Shown here: positions 38,854-47,587 of the stretch, piece after piece
Numbering within the stretch: position 1 is the first letter of the stretch
How the letters are laid out: every line of letters begins with the position of its first letter
Origin: Minisyncoccota bacterium
Lineage (GTDB): Bacteria > Patescibacteriota > Minisyncoccia > UBA6257 > GWB1-50-10
Assembly (NCBI GenBank): GCA_035573955.1
Contig: DATLZO010000003.1
Location: forward strand, 255-64,254
Length of the DNA stretch: 64,000 bases
Direction of reading: 5' to 3'
Notes under the pieces: generated by a model
Database searches by the model: none
Seen by the model: only the letters and a program-made list of their open reading frames with translations
Told to the model about the DNA's origin: nothing
Program-made: the position numbers and the translations under genes

Positions 38854-40146
38854 TTAGTCACCAATTCTCCTAATGTCGGCTCCCAAATATCTCAGACGTT
38901 CGTCTATCCTTTCGTAGCCGCGGTCGATCTCTTCGATACCGGTTATCTCCGACTCGCCTTCCGCGATCAGCGCGGCAGTCAAGTGTGCCATCCCCGCTCG
39001 AAGATCGGGTACCTCGAGCTTCGTCCCCCGAAGCGGCGTAGGTCCCGTTATCTCTGCAAAATGGGGTGACTTCCCCACAAAGCGGCACGAAACAATCGAA
39101 CAATCTGTAGTCACTTTAATGTGCGCACCCATCGAATTCAAGTCCCTGGTGTAGCCGAAGCGGTCCTCGTAGATCGTCTCGTGGATGCGTGACTCGCCAT
39201 TCGCTTGAGTAAGTACAATCGCGAGCGGCTGCTGCCAGTCGGTCATAAAACCAGGATGAGCGCCTGTCTCGATGTCGGTAGACCTTAGATTTCCCGCCTT
39301 AAAAAACCTAATACCGCTTTCCCCGACCTCATAATCGCCACCGATCCGCCGGATAGTGTTCAGGAAGGTTATAAGATGCTCCTGGATTGCCTCCTTCACG
39401 AAAATGTCTCCGTCGGTCGCTATAGCAAGACAAGCGAAGGAAACAGCTTCATTGCGGTCGGGTAAAATCCGATGCCTCGCGCCGCGGAGGCGGCGGACGC
39501 CTTCAACCCGTATGGTCCGGTTCGTGCCGAGCTCGATGATAGCCCCCATTTTCTGCAAAAACTTGATTAAATCAATGATTTCCGGTTCCAGTGCAGCGTT
39601 CCTCACAACCGTCCTACCCTCGGCGAGAACGGAGGTTAAGAGGACATTCTCGGTCGCGCCTACGGACGGGAAACGAAACTCTAACTCCGCGCCATGGAGA
39701 CCTTTCGGGGCACTGGCTCTGTAAAAACTATCGGAAATGGTTATCTCGGCCCCAAGATTCCTCAGGGCCTCGAGGTGAATGTCAACCGGTCGCGCACCGA
39801 TTTTATCCCCGCCAACCGTCGGCACCTCAGCTTCCCCCGCCCTCGCGAGGAGAGGGCCGATCGCCAGAATGGGGATACGGTTACGACGGGAAAGTGAACT
39901 CACACTAGTGCTCTTTATTTTGGGTGTCCTTACGGAAACAGTCGAACCGTCGCGCCGGATCTCCGCACCCAGTTCTTCGCAAAGACTGAAGGTTATTTCA
40001 GCATCACCGATCTGGGGAAAATTCTCAAGAACAGAAGCCTCGTCCGTGAGCATCGAAGCCACGAGAAGCTTTGTTGCCGCGTTCTTAGCGCCGGCGAGCT
40101 TTATTTCCCCTTTGAGGGGTTTACCGCCATTCACCAGAAATTTCAT
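38854..40146 (-). CDS. murA: UDP-N-acetylglucosamine 1-carboxyvinyltransferase
   Basis: GAKNA, SVGATEN, PGFMTDWQ, DLRAG. Confidence 0.95.
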   Translation of the reverse strand: MKFLVNGGKPLKGEIKLAGAKNAATKLLVASMLTDEASVLENFPQIGDAEITFSLCEELGAEIRRDGSTVSVRTPKIKSTSVSSLSRRNRIPILAIGPLLARAGEAEVPTVGGDKIGARPVDIHLEALRNLGAEITISDSFYRASAPKGLHGAELEFRFPSVGATENVLLTSVLAEGRTVVRNAALEPEIIDLIKFLQKMGAIIELGTNRTIRVEGVRRLRGARHRILPDRNEAVSFACLAIATDGDIFVKEAIQEHLITFLNTIRRIGGDYEVGESGIRFFKAGNLRSTDIETGAHPGFMTDWQQPLAIVLTQANGESRIHETIYEDRFGYTRDLNSMGAHIKVTTDCSIVSCRFVGKSPHFAEITGPTPLRGTKLEVPDLRAGMAHLTAALIAEGESEITGIEEIDRGYERIDERLRYLGADIRRIGD

Positions 40147-40213
40147 GCACTTTTCAGTATACTCCCGAAGGCGGCGTTTTTCTAATCGCGCCGCGAGGGT
40201 TATACTACCCTAC

Positions 40214-41560
40214 ATGAACTTGAAAGTCAGACGGCTGCTCTTCCTCACTATCCTCTCGGTGTTCGTCGTAAGCAGCGCCTATCTTGTTCTGTCGGTCCAG
40301 GGCATGGTTATTGATTTCCAGAAATTCCGCATTGTGAAGACCGGCGGGCTTTTTCTGAACCCATCACCCGGCGACGCCGAAATAATGATCGACGGAGAAA
40401 AACCTGAAACAATCTCAACCGGACTCTTTTCGAACGGCGTTATTGTGAAAAACCTTCCGCCCGGCAAATACAGCGTCGAGATAACGAAAGCAGGTTTCTC
40501 TTCCTGGAAGAAAATTCTCGAAGTGAAATCAGGCTTTATTACCTCGGCGTCGCAGATAATCCTCTGGCCTGATAAGCTTGAAACCGCAGTGACGGCGGAA
40601 AACGCCGACGATTTCACCGTTACCGGAAAGGGAATCGTCTTCGAGAATAGAAAAAATGGTGTCTACTTCGGCGAAGTGGCCTTAAAGGGAAAGAGGGTCT
40701 TTTACAGCGAACCTTCTTCAAACGTGGTCGTAACCGATGATGATGGTATATTGTTCCTCACCGACCTCGACGCGCCGGATAAGGCGGTGAACCTCGGCCA
40801 GATTTTCAACTCTCTCAAACAACGTCAGCTCGAGCTTCCCGGTGAGGTGCCCGTGGTCGGAGTCGCCGCACACCCTTTCACGGACCAGAAGGTCCTCATT
40901 TTCACCAAAAGCTCCCTATATTCCCTCGATTTCCGCAAGTTGGCTCTGGAAAGGCTAGCCACGTTGGAAAAAATCGCCAGCTCTGCGGTCGCTTCGAACG
41001 AGGTTTTCCTTTGGGACGGTAAAACTCTCCATTCCGTAAACCTCCTTCTCAAAACGAGATCTTCCTATCCTCTAGTGATGGATGCCGATTCCCGCCTTAT
41101 TGTTTCAAAAAGCGGCCGCCGAGTTTTGATTCTCGACAATAAAGGCGGACTTCACCTTTACAATTTTGCTGCCGCCACAACAACACTGGTAGCCGACAAC
41201 GTCCACAGTGTGGCATTCTCCCAAGAAGAGAAGCGAGCAGCACTGACGGGTAAAGACGGTTCGATAGCAGTTCTCTATCTCGCTGACTACCAAAGCGATA
41301 TTCTTCATAAAGCGGGAACGAAAACATTTGTTCTCCCACCCAGAAATCGGTCCATCGCGGAAGGAATCCGGTGGTTCCCAAAAACAAATAATCACCTCGT
41401 TGGTATCGTGGACGGCAACCTCTGGGTTGGTGAAGTCGACAACAGGGATCTTATAAACTCCGCCGTCCTCGTGCGAGAGGCGGATAAGTTCGCATTTGTC
41501 GGCAATCGGATTTATTTCCTTAAGGCGGGTAGTATCTTTGAAACGTCGCTGAGTTTCTAA
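40214..41560 (+). CDS. PEGA-domain membrane-anchored protein with beta-propeller-like C-terminus
   Basis: N-terminal TM, KTGGL, NLPPGKYSVEITKAGF. Confidence 0.75.
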   Translation: MNLKVRRLLFLTILSVFVVSSAYLVLSVQGMVIDFQKFRIVKTGGLFLNPSPGDAEIMIDGEKPETISTGLFSNGVIVKNLPPGKYSVEITKAGFSSWKKILEVKSGFITSASQIILWPDKLETAVTAENADDFTVTGKGIVFENRKNGVYFGEVALKGKRVFYSEPSSNVVVTDDDGILFLTDLDAPDKAVNLGQIFNSLKQRQLELPGEVPVVGVAAHPFTDQKVLIFTKSSLYSLDFRKLALERLATLEKIASSAVASNEVFLWDGKTLHSVNLLLKTRSSYPLVMDADSRLIVSKSGRRVLILDNKGGLHLYNFAAATTTLVADNVHSVAFSQEEKRAALTGKDGSIAVLYLADYQSDILHKAGTKTFVLPPRNRSIAEGIRWFPKTNNHLVGIVDGNLWVGEVDNRDLINSAVLVREADKFAFVGNRIYFLKAGSIFETSLSF

Positions 41561-41621
41561 AAAGCGGAACTGCGTTTTCGCGGAGATCTCCGCATTTCGT
41601 ATTTTCCGCAATTGTCCCCGA

Positions 41622-42038
41622 CTAACGCTTCCGCCACTGCTGTGGCCTTCTCGCTTTTCGCTTGCCGTATTTTTTGCGTTCAACCATCCTCGGGTCGCGC
41701 GTGAGATACCCGAGAGCCTTCAGTTGGCTGCGGACTTCCGGCATCATCGTCGTGAGTGCCCGCGCGAGGCCGAGACGTATCGCTTCAGCTTGCGTTCCGA
41801 CACCGCCGCCCGAAACATTCACAGTCACTTTGTAACCCTTGAGCGACAGGTTTTTGAACGGCGAAAGAACAATATTCTCGTGCTTCTTGAGAGGGAAATA
41901 TGCGCCAAGTGTCCTGCCATTTACGGTAATGGCGGTTGTGGCGCTTTTCACCACGCGTACCCGGGCAACCGCTGTCTTTCGGCGGCCGACGCCTTCAAAA
42001 TAAAACTCCTTCTTGATTTCGGAACCTTTTTTAGTCAT
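41622..42038 (-). CDS. rpsI: 30S ribosomal protein S9
   Basis: GRRKTAVARV, LTRDPRMVERKK. Confidence 0.97.
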   Translation of the reverse strand: MTKKGSEIKKEFYFEGVGRRKTAVARVRVVKSATTAITVNGRTLGAYFPLKKHENIVLSPFKNLSLKGYKVTVNVSGGGVGTQAEAIRLGLARALTTMMPEVRSQLKALGYLTRDPRMVERKKYGKRKARRPQQWRKR

Positions 42039-42376
42039 CTTTCTATAATTAATCTCTTCATTCGGCTCTTCCGCAGTCGGTTTTTGGGAAGCATAAGGTT
42101 CACGGCGTGCCTCAAAACCCAGGCCGGATTCTTTTTGAAAATTTCCTCGTATTTCCGAACCTTGAGGTGACCGAGCGGACCGGTGTGTTTGTAATAAACC
42201 TTTTGCTTCGTTTTCCGACCAGAAAGGACAATAGCGTCGACATTTGCTACCCGGACGGAATCGGCACCGCTCTCACGCGGATTGTAACCAGGATTCTTTT
42301 TGCCTTGGAGAATGGAAGCGATTTCACTCGCCACCCTGCCTAATGCCTTGTTTTTAGCGTCAATCTTGTATTCCAT
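42035..42376 (-). CDS. rplM: 50S ribosomal protein L13
   Basis: DA...LGRVAS, MLPKN. Confidence 0.95.
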   Translation of the reverse strand: MEYKIDAKNKALGRVASEIASILQGKKNPGYNPRESGADSVRVANVDAIVLSGRKTKQKVYYKHTGPLGHLKVRKYEEIFKKNPAWVLRHAVNLMLPKNRLRKSRMKRLIIER

Positions 42377-42382
42377 TTCCCT

Positions 42383-42733
42383 TTAAACGAACTCTATGGT
42401 AGCCATTTTGGCGCCGTCGCCTTGCCGTGCCTTCGCACGCTTTACTATGCGCGTGTAACCGCCGCGGCGGGAAGCGTAACGGGGGGCGATTTCGTGGTAC
42501 ATCTTGTAAGCGGCTTCCTTCGGCAGGCTTTTCATAAGGAGTCGCAAGCCGGCAAGATTCTGATTTTTGCCGTAACCCACCATTCTTTCGACAATGCCGC
42601 GCAGTTCTTTAGCGCGCGCTTCCGTCGTTAAAATCTTTTCCTTTTTTATGAAATTGGCGGCGAGCGTCTTTAAGAACGCCCGGCGTTCGCTCTTCTTGCG
42701 GCCGAATTTCTTTCCTTTCGAGAGGTGCCTCAT
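42383..42733 (-). CDS. rplQ: 50S ribosomal protein L17
   Basis: MRH, TTEARAKE, GGYTRI. Confidence 0.96.
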   Translation of the reverse strand: MRHLSKGKKFGRKKSERRAFLKTLAANFIKKEKILTTEARAKELRGIVERMVGYGKNQNLAGLRLLMKSLPKEAAYKMYHEIAPRYASRRGGYTRIVKRAKARQGDGAKMATIEFV

Positions 42734-43494
42734 GATTTCTTCCGCGCCCTGGACTTTTTCTTATCTTCCTCCGTCTCGGGCGTTCCGGGTTCTATTTTTG
42801 TAACCGGCAAGGAGGATATCTTCTCAAAATGATCTTTCAAAACGTTAGAGGCCTTATGCAATGCCTCCGATGGACTCAAAGATCCGTCGGTTTCAATCTC
42901 TATCTTCAGGCGGTTGTAATTAGTGAGCTCGCCAACACGCATGTCTTCGACGGAGAACTCGACACGCAGGACGGGTGAGAAAATTGCGTCGAGCACGATT
43001 GTTCCCACATTGAGCCGCTCCATGCGGCGCGCCTCGGAAGGTACGTAACCCAGGCCTTTTTCAACGGTGAGTTCAATCTCCAGCTCGGCAGTCTTTTTAG
43101 TCAGGGTTGCAATGTGAAGGTCGGGATTCACGACTTTGACTAGCGTCGTCGATTCGATATCGCCGGCCGTCACTTCCCTCTCGCCCTTTACCCGAAGAGT
43201 GAGCGTCTGCGGCTCGTCGGCAAAGAAATGAAAGCGTACCTTCTTCAGGTTTAGGGTGAGTTCCACCGCATCCTCCATCACGCCCGGAATGGCTGAAAAC
43301 TCATGGTCCACACCCTTCACTTTTATCTGAGTGATGGCGGCGCCGGGGAGCGACGAGAGGAGCGCTCGCCTCAGGGCGTTCCCGATCGTTTGACCGTAAC
43401 CGGTATAGAGCCCTTCCACGTGAAAAACACCTTTCGAACCATCCTCGGAGATTTTCTTTATAGAAACAGTTTCACTAAGATGACCGTACTTCAT
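42730..43494 (-). CDS. rpoA: RNA polymerase alpha subunit (no alpha-CTD)
   Basis: GQTIGNALRRALLS, HEFSAIPGVMED. Confidence 0.95.
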   Translation of the reverse strand: MKYGHLSETVSIKKISEDGSKGVFHVEGLYTGYGQTIGNALRRALLSSLPGAAITQIKVKGVDHEFSAIPGVMEDAVELTLNLKKVRFHFFADEPQTLTLRVKGEREVTAGDIESTTLVKVVNPDLHIATLTKKTAELEIELTVEKGLGYVPSEARRMERLNVGTIVLDAIFSPVLRVEFSVEDMRVGELTNYNRLKIEIETDGSLSPSEALHKASNVLKDHFEKISSLPVTKIEPGTPETEEDKKKSRARKKS

Positions 43495-43500
43495 TTTCTT

Positions 43501-44100
43501 CTATCTTGAATAGAATTGGCCGACCAGATTGGCGTCGAACGCCAGGTTTATTTCGTTTGTCTTCGGATTTGCAACGCACTTGGCTTTCAAACCGACCTTG
43601 TCAAGTTCAAGCCAGGTTGGCGGTTCGTACGACTTTAACTTTTCGCCTAAAGCCTCAAAAAGTTTGGAACCGCGTGACTCCGGCCGAATGGCAATAATGT
43701 CACCCACTCTAACATGATATGAGGGAATTGTCACCTTCCGGCCGTTCACATGGATGTGGCCGTGAGAAACAATCTGGCGAGCTACCCGAGGCGAAGGTGC
43801 GAAACCAGAAAGAAAAACCACTCGATCAAGGCGCTTTTCGAGAGTGAGAAGTATCCGCTCGAGCGGCTCCTTGAAGAGATTCTGCATTTGGCGGTTCGAG
43901 AGGCCGTAAGTGATTTGGATTTTCTGCTTCTCCTTGAGCTGCCGCCCGTAGTCAGAAATCGGCCCCTTACGCTTCATACCGTGAACACCCGGCCGATAGG
44001 GACGGCGGATCATCACACATTTGGGGGAATTACACCGCTCAGGTTTCAGAAAAAGCTTCACTCCGAGCGCCCTTTCCTTTTTTTCGGTTACCCTTTTCAT
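43501..44100 (-). CDS. rpsD: 30S ribosomal protein S4
   Basis: QLKEKQK, LEKRLD, ARQIVSHGH. Confidence 0.96.
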   Translation of the reverse strand: MKRVTEKKERALGVKLFLKPERCNSPKCVMIRRPYRPGVHGMKRKGPISDYGRQLKEKQKIQITYGLSNRQMQNLFKEPLERILLTLEKRLDRVVFLSGFAPSPRVARQIVSHGHIHVNGRKVTIPSYHVRVGDIIAIRPESRGSKLFEALGEKLKSYEPPTWLELDKVGLKAKCVANPKTNEINLAFDANLVGQFYSR

Positions 44101-44124
44101 CTTTAAAAATATTTAAATATTCGT

Positions 44125-44574
44125 CTAGACCCTTCTTGCTTTTCTCGGACGTGGCCCGTTGTGTGGGATCGGCGTTACATCCTTTACGGAAACTATGTCG
44201 AGGCCGCCGGCGGCGAAGGAACGAAGTGCAGCATCACGGCCGCTCCCGACGCCCTTCACAAAAATCTCGACCGTATTCGGCCCCGACTTCTTTATTTTTT
44301 CGATTATCGCTTCTGCAACTTTAGAGGCGGCAAATGGCGTGGACTTCTTCGGGCCGGAGAAACCAAGGCTCCCAGCAGAGAGCCAGGCAATAACCTTACC
44401 TTCCTTATCAGTCACGGTGATAAATGTGTTGTTATAGGAGGCTTGAATGTAGATCCGACCGCTCTCGTGGCGGGTTTTAACAGCGGTCATTTTGTCCTTC
44501 ACGGCCGCGGTGAGAACGCCGGTTTTTTTAACAACCTCGCTCTCCGATTTTTGGATTATCTTTTTCTTTCCCAT
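44125..44574 (-). CDS. rpsK: 30S ribosomal protein S11
   Basis: SYNNT, KSTPFAA, DVTPIPHNG. Confidence 0.97.
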   Translation of the reverse strand: MGKKKIIQKSESEVVKKTGVLTAAVKDKMTAVKTRHESGRIYIQASYNNTFITVTDKEGKVIAWLSAGSLGFSGPKKSTPFAASKVAEAIIEKIKKSGPNTVEIFVKGVGSGRDAALRSFAAGGLDIVSVKDVTPIPHNGPRPRKARRV

Positions 44575-44583
44575 TTTCCAGTT

Positions 44584-44967
44584 TTACTTGAGCTCGACCT
44601 TCCTCTTGCCGCTTCCGGCCGTCTTTCGAACGTTGCCTCTTACTGTCCTGGAATTTGATTTGGTCCGCTGACCTCGCACCGGTAACTTCTTCGCATGACG
44701 GATTCCGCGATAAGCTTGAATCTCCTTCAGGCGATTCACGTTTTGCTTCACGAGCTGGCGTAGTTCCCCTTCCACCTTATATTTCTTCTCTATTATGGAC
44801 TGGATTCTGTTCACTTCATCGGCGGTAAGGTCCTTCGTCCGCTTGTCGGGCGCAATACCCGCCTCCGACAAGATGCGACCGGCGAGCGGGCGGCCAACGC
44901 CGTAAATATAACTTAAGGCGACGCCTACTTTCTTGTTGTCCGGTATGTTAACTCCTACGACCCTCAT
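44584..44967 (-). CDS. rpsM: 30S ribosomal protein S13
   Basis: IYGVG, YRGIRH..LPVRGQRT. Confidence 0.96.
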   Translation of the reverse strand: MRVVGVNIPDNKKVGVALSYIYGVGRPLAGRILSEAGIAPDKRTKDLTADEVNRIQSIIEKKYKVEGELRQLVKQNVNRLKEIQAYRGIRHAKKLPVRGQRTKSNSRTVRGNVRKTAGSGKRKVELK

Positions 44968-44968
44968 G

Positions 44969-45082
44969 TTAACCTTGTCTCTGTTTGTGTTTGGGGTTCT
45001 TGCAAATGACATAAAGCCGGCCGTTCCGCCGTATAATTTTGCAATTCCCACATATTTTCTTGACCGATGTTTTGACCTTCAT
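44969..45082 (-). CDS. rpmJ: 50S ribosomal protein L36 (not in ORF track)
   Basis: Manual translation [37 protein letters not shown]. Confidence 0.96.
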   Translation of the reverse strand: MKVKTSVKKICGNCKIIRRNGRLYVICKNPKHKQRQG

Positions 45083-45088
45083 CTCCAG

Positions 45089-45307
45089 TTAAAATCTCCT
45101 AACGATACGGCCCCGGCGATCTTCCGCAACAGGCATCTCTACTATCACCCGGTCTCCTGGGATAACACGGATATAATGTATCTTCATCTTACCCGCAAGG
45201 TGCGCCAGAACCTCGTGACCGTTGTCCAAACGGACCCGGAAAAGCAAACCCGGTAGAGCCTCAAAAACCGTCCCTTCGAACCTGAGGCATTTTTGCTCGC
45301 TCGTCAT
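45089..45307 (-). CDS. infA: Translation initiation factor IF-1
   Basis: EALPG..FRV.LDNG, GKMK...IR..PGDRV. Confidence 0.94.
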   Translation of the reverse strand: MTSEQKCLRFEGTVFEALPGLLFRVRLDNGHEVLAHLAGKMKIHYIRVIPGDRVIVEMPVAEDRRGRIVRRF

Positions 45308-45345
45308 CAAACGATTTGAAATCCTACCAAACCCATCGGAATGTG

Positions 45346-46977
45346 TCAATCAACGGTGATTTTCACCCTGTCCGGGTCTCTCGGGACCTTCGTCACCCAG
45401 AACGGCCAGAGGGATACGTTTGCTTTCTCGAGTCCCGGCAAGAAATATATAGTCTGTTTCAGTTTGTTCTCGCTCGCCCCGAGTATATCGGCTTGGAGTT
45501 TCCCGATTTCGATGTCGGAGACAAGCGTCATCGCTCCGGAGATCGAAAAAGAGATCTCGCCGACAGCAAAATCCGAGGTTGATGTCCCGTAATCCGCACG
45601 AAAATCCCGAAAAACTAGATTCTTTTCTTCGAACGAGGCGGTTGCTTTATCCTTCAGAGCGTCCTTAAGCATTACCTCGTCGAAGACCAGATACTTCAGT
45701 TCTCCAGCCGCCATGAATCCGAAATTGCCCTCGGCGTCTGCGTCCTCCAAATTTTCGGCCGTCACTTTGAACTCGCGGGCTTCCGGAAAAACTTTGAACT
45801 TATCGGAAACAAGTATTTTGACTTCGTTTTCGAGCGCACTCTCAAGTTTCGCGAGAACCTCCGCTTTCGCCTTTGCCTTATCGTCCTCGGTCGGTACAGA
45901 CATCTCGCCCGAGAAGCCGCCGGAAGCGGGATAGGGAGCTTCAGCATAAAAGCCGTCGTAGCGCGGTGTCCCCTTAAAACCGGGTATCCTCCAACCCCGC
46001 GAGGCCGGCACGTTGTATTCCTCGCCCGGTTTGTCGGCTGTGACCGAAACGCTTATCATCGACGGTTCTATTTTGTTGTTCACGATCTTCGCGCCGGGAA
46101 TGGTGACCTTTGCATCCAAACGGAAAATCTTGCCCTCCGGCGAGAGAAATCTTGTGTTCTGGACAAGTGCTTGCGGTTCGGAACTATAGGCGTTCGAAAC
46201 AATGAGTGTCGCTTTGGCTTTACGCTCGACATTTTCCTTGCCGTTCGCTGGGAATCTCACGGAAAGGTTCTTTTTAGCAGTAATGAGTAAGGCAGGTAGG
46301 GTTATTTTCGGGGAGATCGAAACATCCTTGGCCGAAACGGCCGCTTTGACGCTTTCATTGAACGGTATTTCAATCTGCTTCAATGTAATCGAGATACGGG
46401 CTTTCGAAAAGACATTATTCGCTAAGATGAATCCGCCAGGGACAGCAAGAATGAGCACAGCTGCGGCAATGAGCATTCGCCGCCGAGACCTGGGACTCGC
46501 GCTCTTTCCTTCTGCGAAAGAGATTATCTTCGGCGCAGGTTCCTTCTTGGGTTCGAAGAATATCTTCGGCAAATCCGGTCTTTTTTCCGGAGGCGGTGCT
46601 TTCCACAAAACCTCTTCCGATTCCGATTCCTGCGTTACCCTTGCTTTTCTTTCTTCCTTTGCATTGTGCAAAGTCCTCGACTTCGGCACAATGTCAGAAA
46701 TAAATTTCTCACTCCGTTTGAAAAGCGGGTTCTTGCAATTGAGACCCGCAACTGAAGCCATTTCGAGTATCTTTTCGTCGAGTGATTCTATGAAAACTTC
46801 CTTATTGAGAACAGCGGCCTTGTTTTTTAAAACGTGGAAATTATTTATCGCCTTGCCTAAAACGGAATCGCGGGGAACGTTCAAAATGACCACTTCTGCC
46901 GGTGTACCACTGATGGTTTGGAGAACAAACTCAATATCGTCTTTTTTCTCGAGGAATATTTTCTTCTCGGGTTTCAT
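45346..46977 (-). CDS. Membrane-anchored protein with baseplate-J-like domain
   Basis: Single TM; VTADKPGEEYNV..SGG pattern. Confidence 0.6.
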   Translation of the reverse strand: MKPEKKIFLEKKDDIEFVLQTISGTPAEVVILNVPRDSVLGKAINNFHVLKNKAAVLNKEVFIESLDEKILEMASVAGLNCKNPLFKRSEKFISDIVPKSRTLHNAKEERKARVTQESESEEVLWKAPPPEKRPDLPKIFFEPKKEPAPKIISFAEGKSASPRSRRRMLIAAAVLILAVPGGFILANNVFSKARISITLKQIEIPFNESVKAAVSAKDVSISPKITLPALLITAKKNLSVRFPANGKENVERKAKATLIVSNAYSSEPQALVQNTRFLSPEGKIFRLDAKVTIPGAKIVNNKIEPSMISVSVTADKPGEEYNVPASRGWRIPGFKGTPRYDGFYAEAPYPASGGFSGEMSVPTEDDKAKAKAEVLAKLESALENEVKILVSDKFKVFPEAREFKVTAENLEDADAEGNFGFMAAGELKYLVFDEVMLKDALKDKATASFEEKNLVFRDFRADYGTSTSDFAVGEISFSISGAMTLVSDIEIGKLQADILGASENKLKQTIYFLPGLEKANVSLWPFWVTKVPRDPDRVKITVD

Positions 46978-46995
46978 TGACTTCCAGTATAGTCC

Positions 46996-47541
46996 CTATC
47001 TTTTTACCTCTACAAGAGTCGAGGGTGCGCCGGCAAGCCTGCCGCCGTCCAAGTAAAAATCTACTTTGTTTCCGAAGTAGCGCTTGGCTTCAACTACTGT
47101 TTTGGCAGGCGGCTTGCCGGAGAAATTGGCAGACGGCGCAACCAACGGCCCCGTATTACGTATAAGGCTGGTAAGTTTCCTGTCATTTGGCAAACGAAAA
47201 GCAATACTTTTTGTGCCGCGGTGAAGATAAAAAAACTTTCTGTTAGGACAAGGCAAAATCACGCTTACCGGTCCCGGTTTACCCTGAACTTGTCGAACGG
47301 GCCAGAGGGTTTTGAGCAGCTTAAGATGTCTTTCATTGACCTTCACACCGAATTTTCCCAAATCGGCCAACGAACCGATAAGAACAATGAATGGCTTCCT
47401 CCGGTCGCGTTTGCGCAGGCGGTAGATTCTCTCGACTGCACGGCGGGAAAGAGCGGAACCCACCAAACCGTAAATGGTATCGGTTGGTATCACGCCAATA
47501 CCACCGTTTCTCAAAATTTTTATAATTTCTACAACTTTCAT
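46996..47541 (-). CDS. tsaC: L-threonylcarbamoyladenylate synthase (TsaC/Sua5)
   Basis: PTDTIYGL, K.R...KP, PSANFSG. Confidence 0.92.
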   Translation of the reverse strand: MKVVEIIKILRNGGIGVIPTDTIYGLVGSALSRRAVERIYRLRKRDRRKPFIVLIGSLADLGKFGVKVNERHLKLLKTLWPVRQVQGKPGPVSVILPCPNRKFFYLHRGTKSIAFRLPNDRKLTSLIRNTGPLVAPSANFSGKPPAKTVVEAKRYFGNKVDFYLDGGRLAGAPSTLVEVKR

Positions 47542-47587
47542 TTTTCCTTTTTCCAATTATTACTATTTTTACTTTATTGCTACCTAT

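Noticed and set aside
39779-40213. Long N-terminal extensions in the ORF track (PEGA protein, also comEC, adk, fusA, rpsM)
   Set aside because: They overlap neighbouring genes or promoters; downstream ATGs match the family starts.
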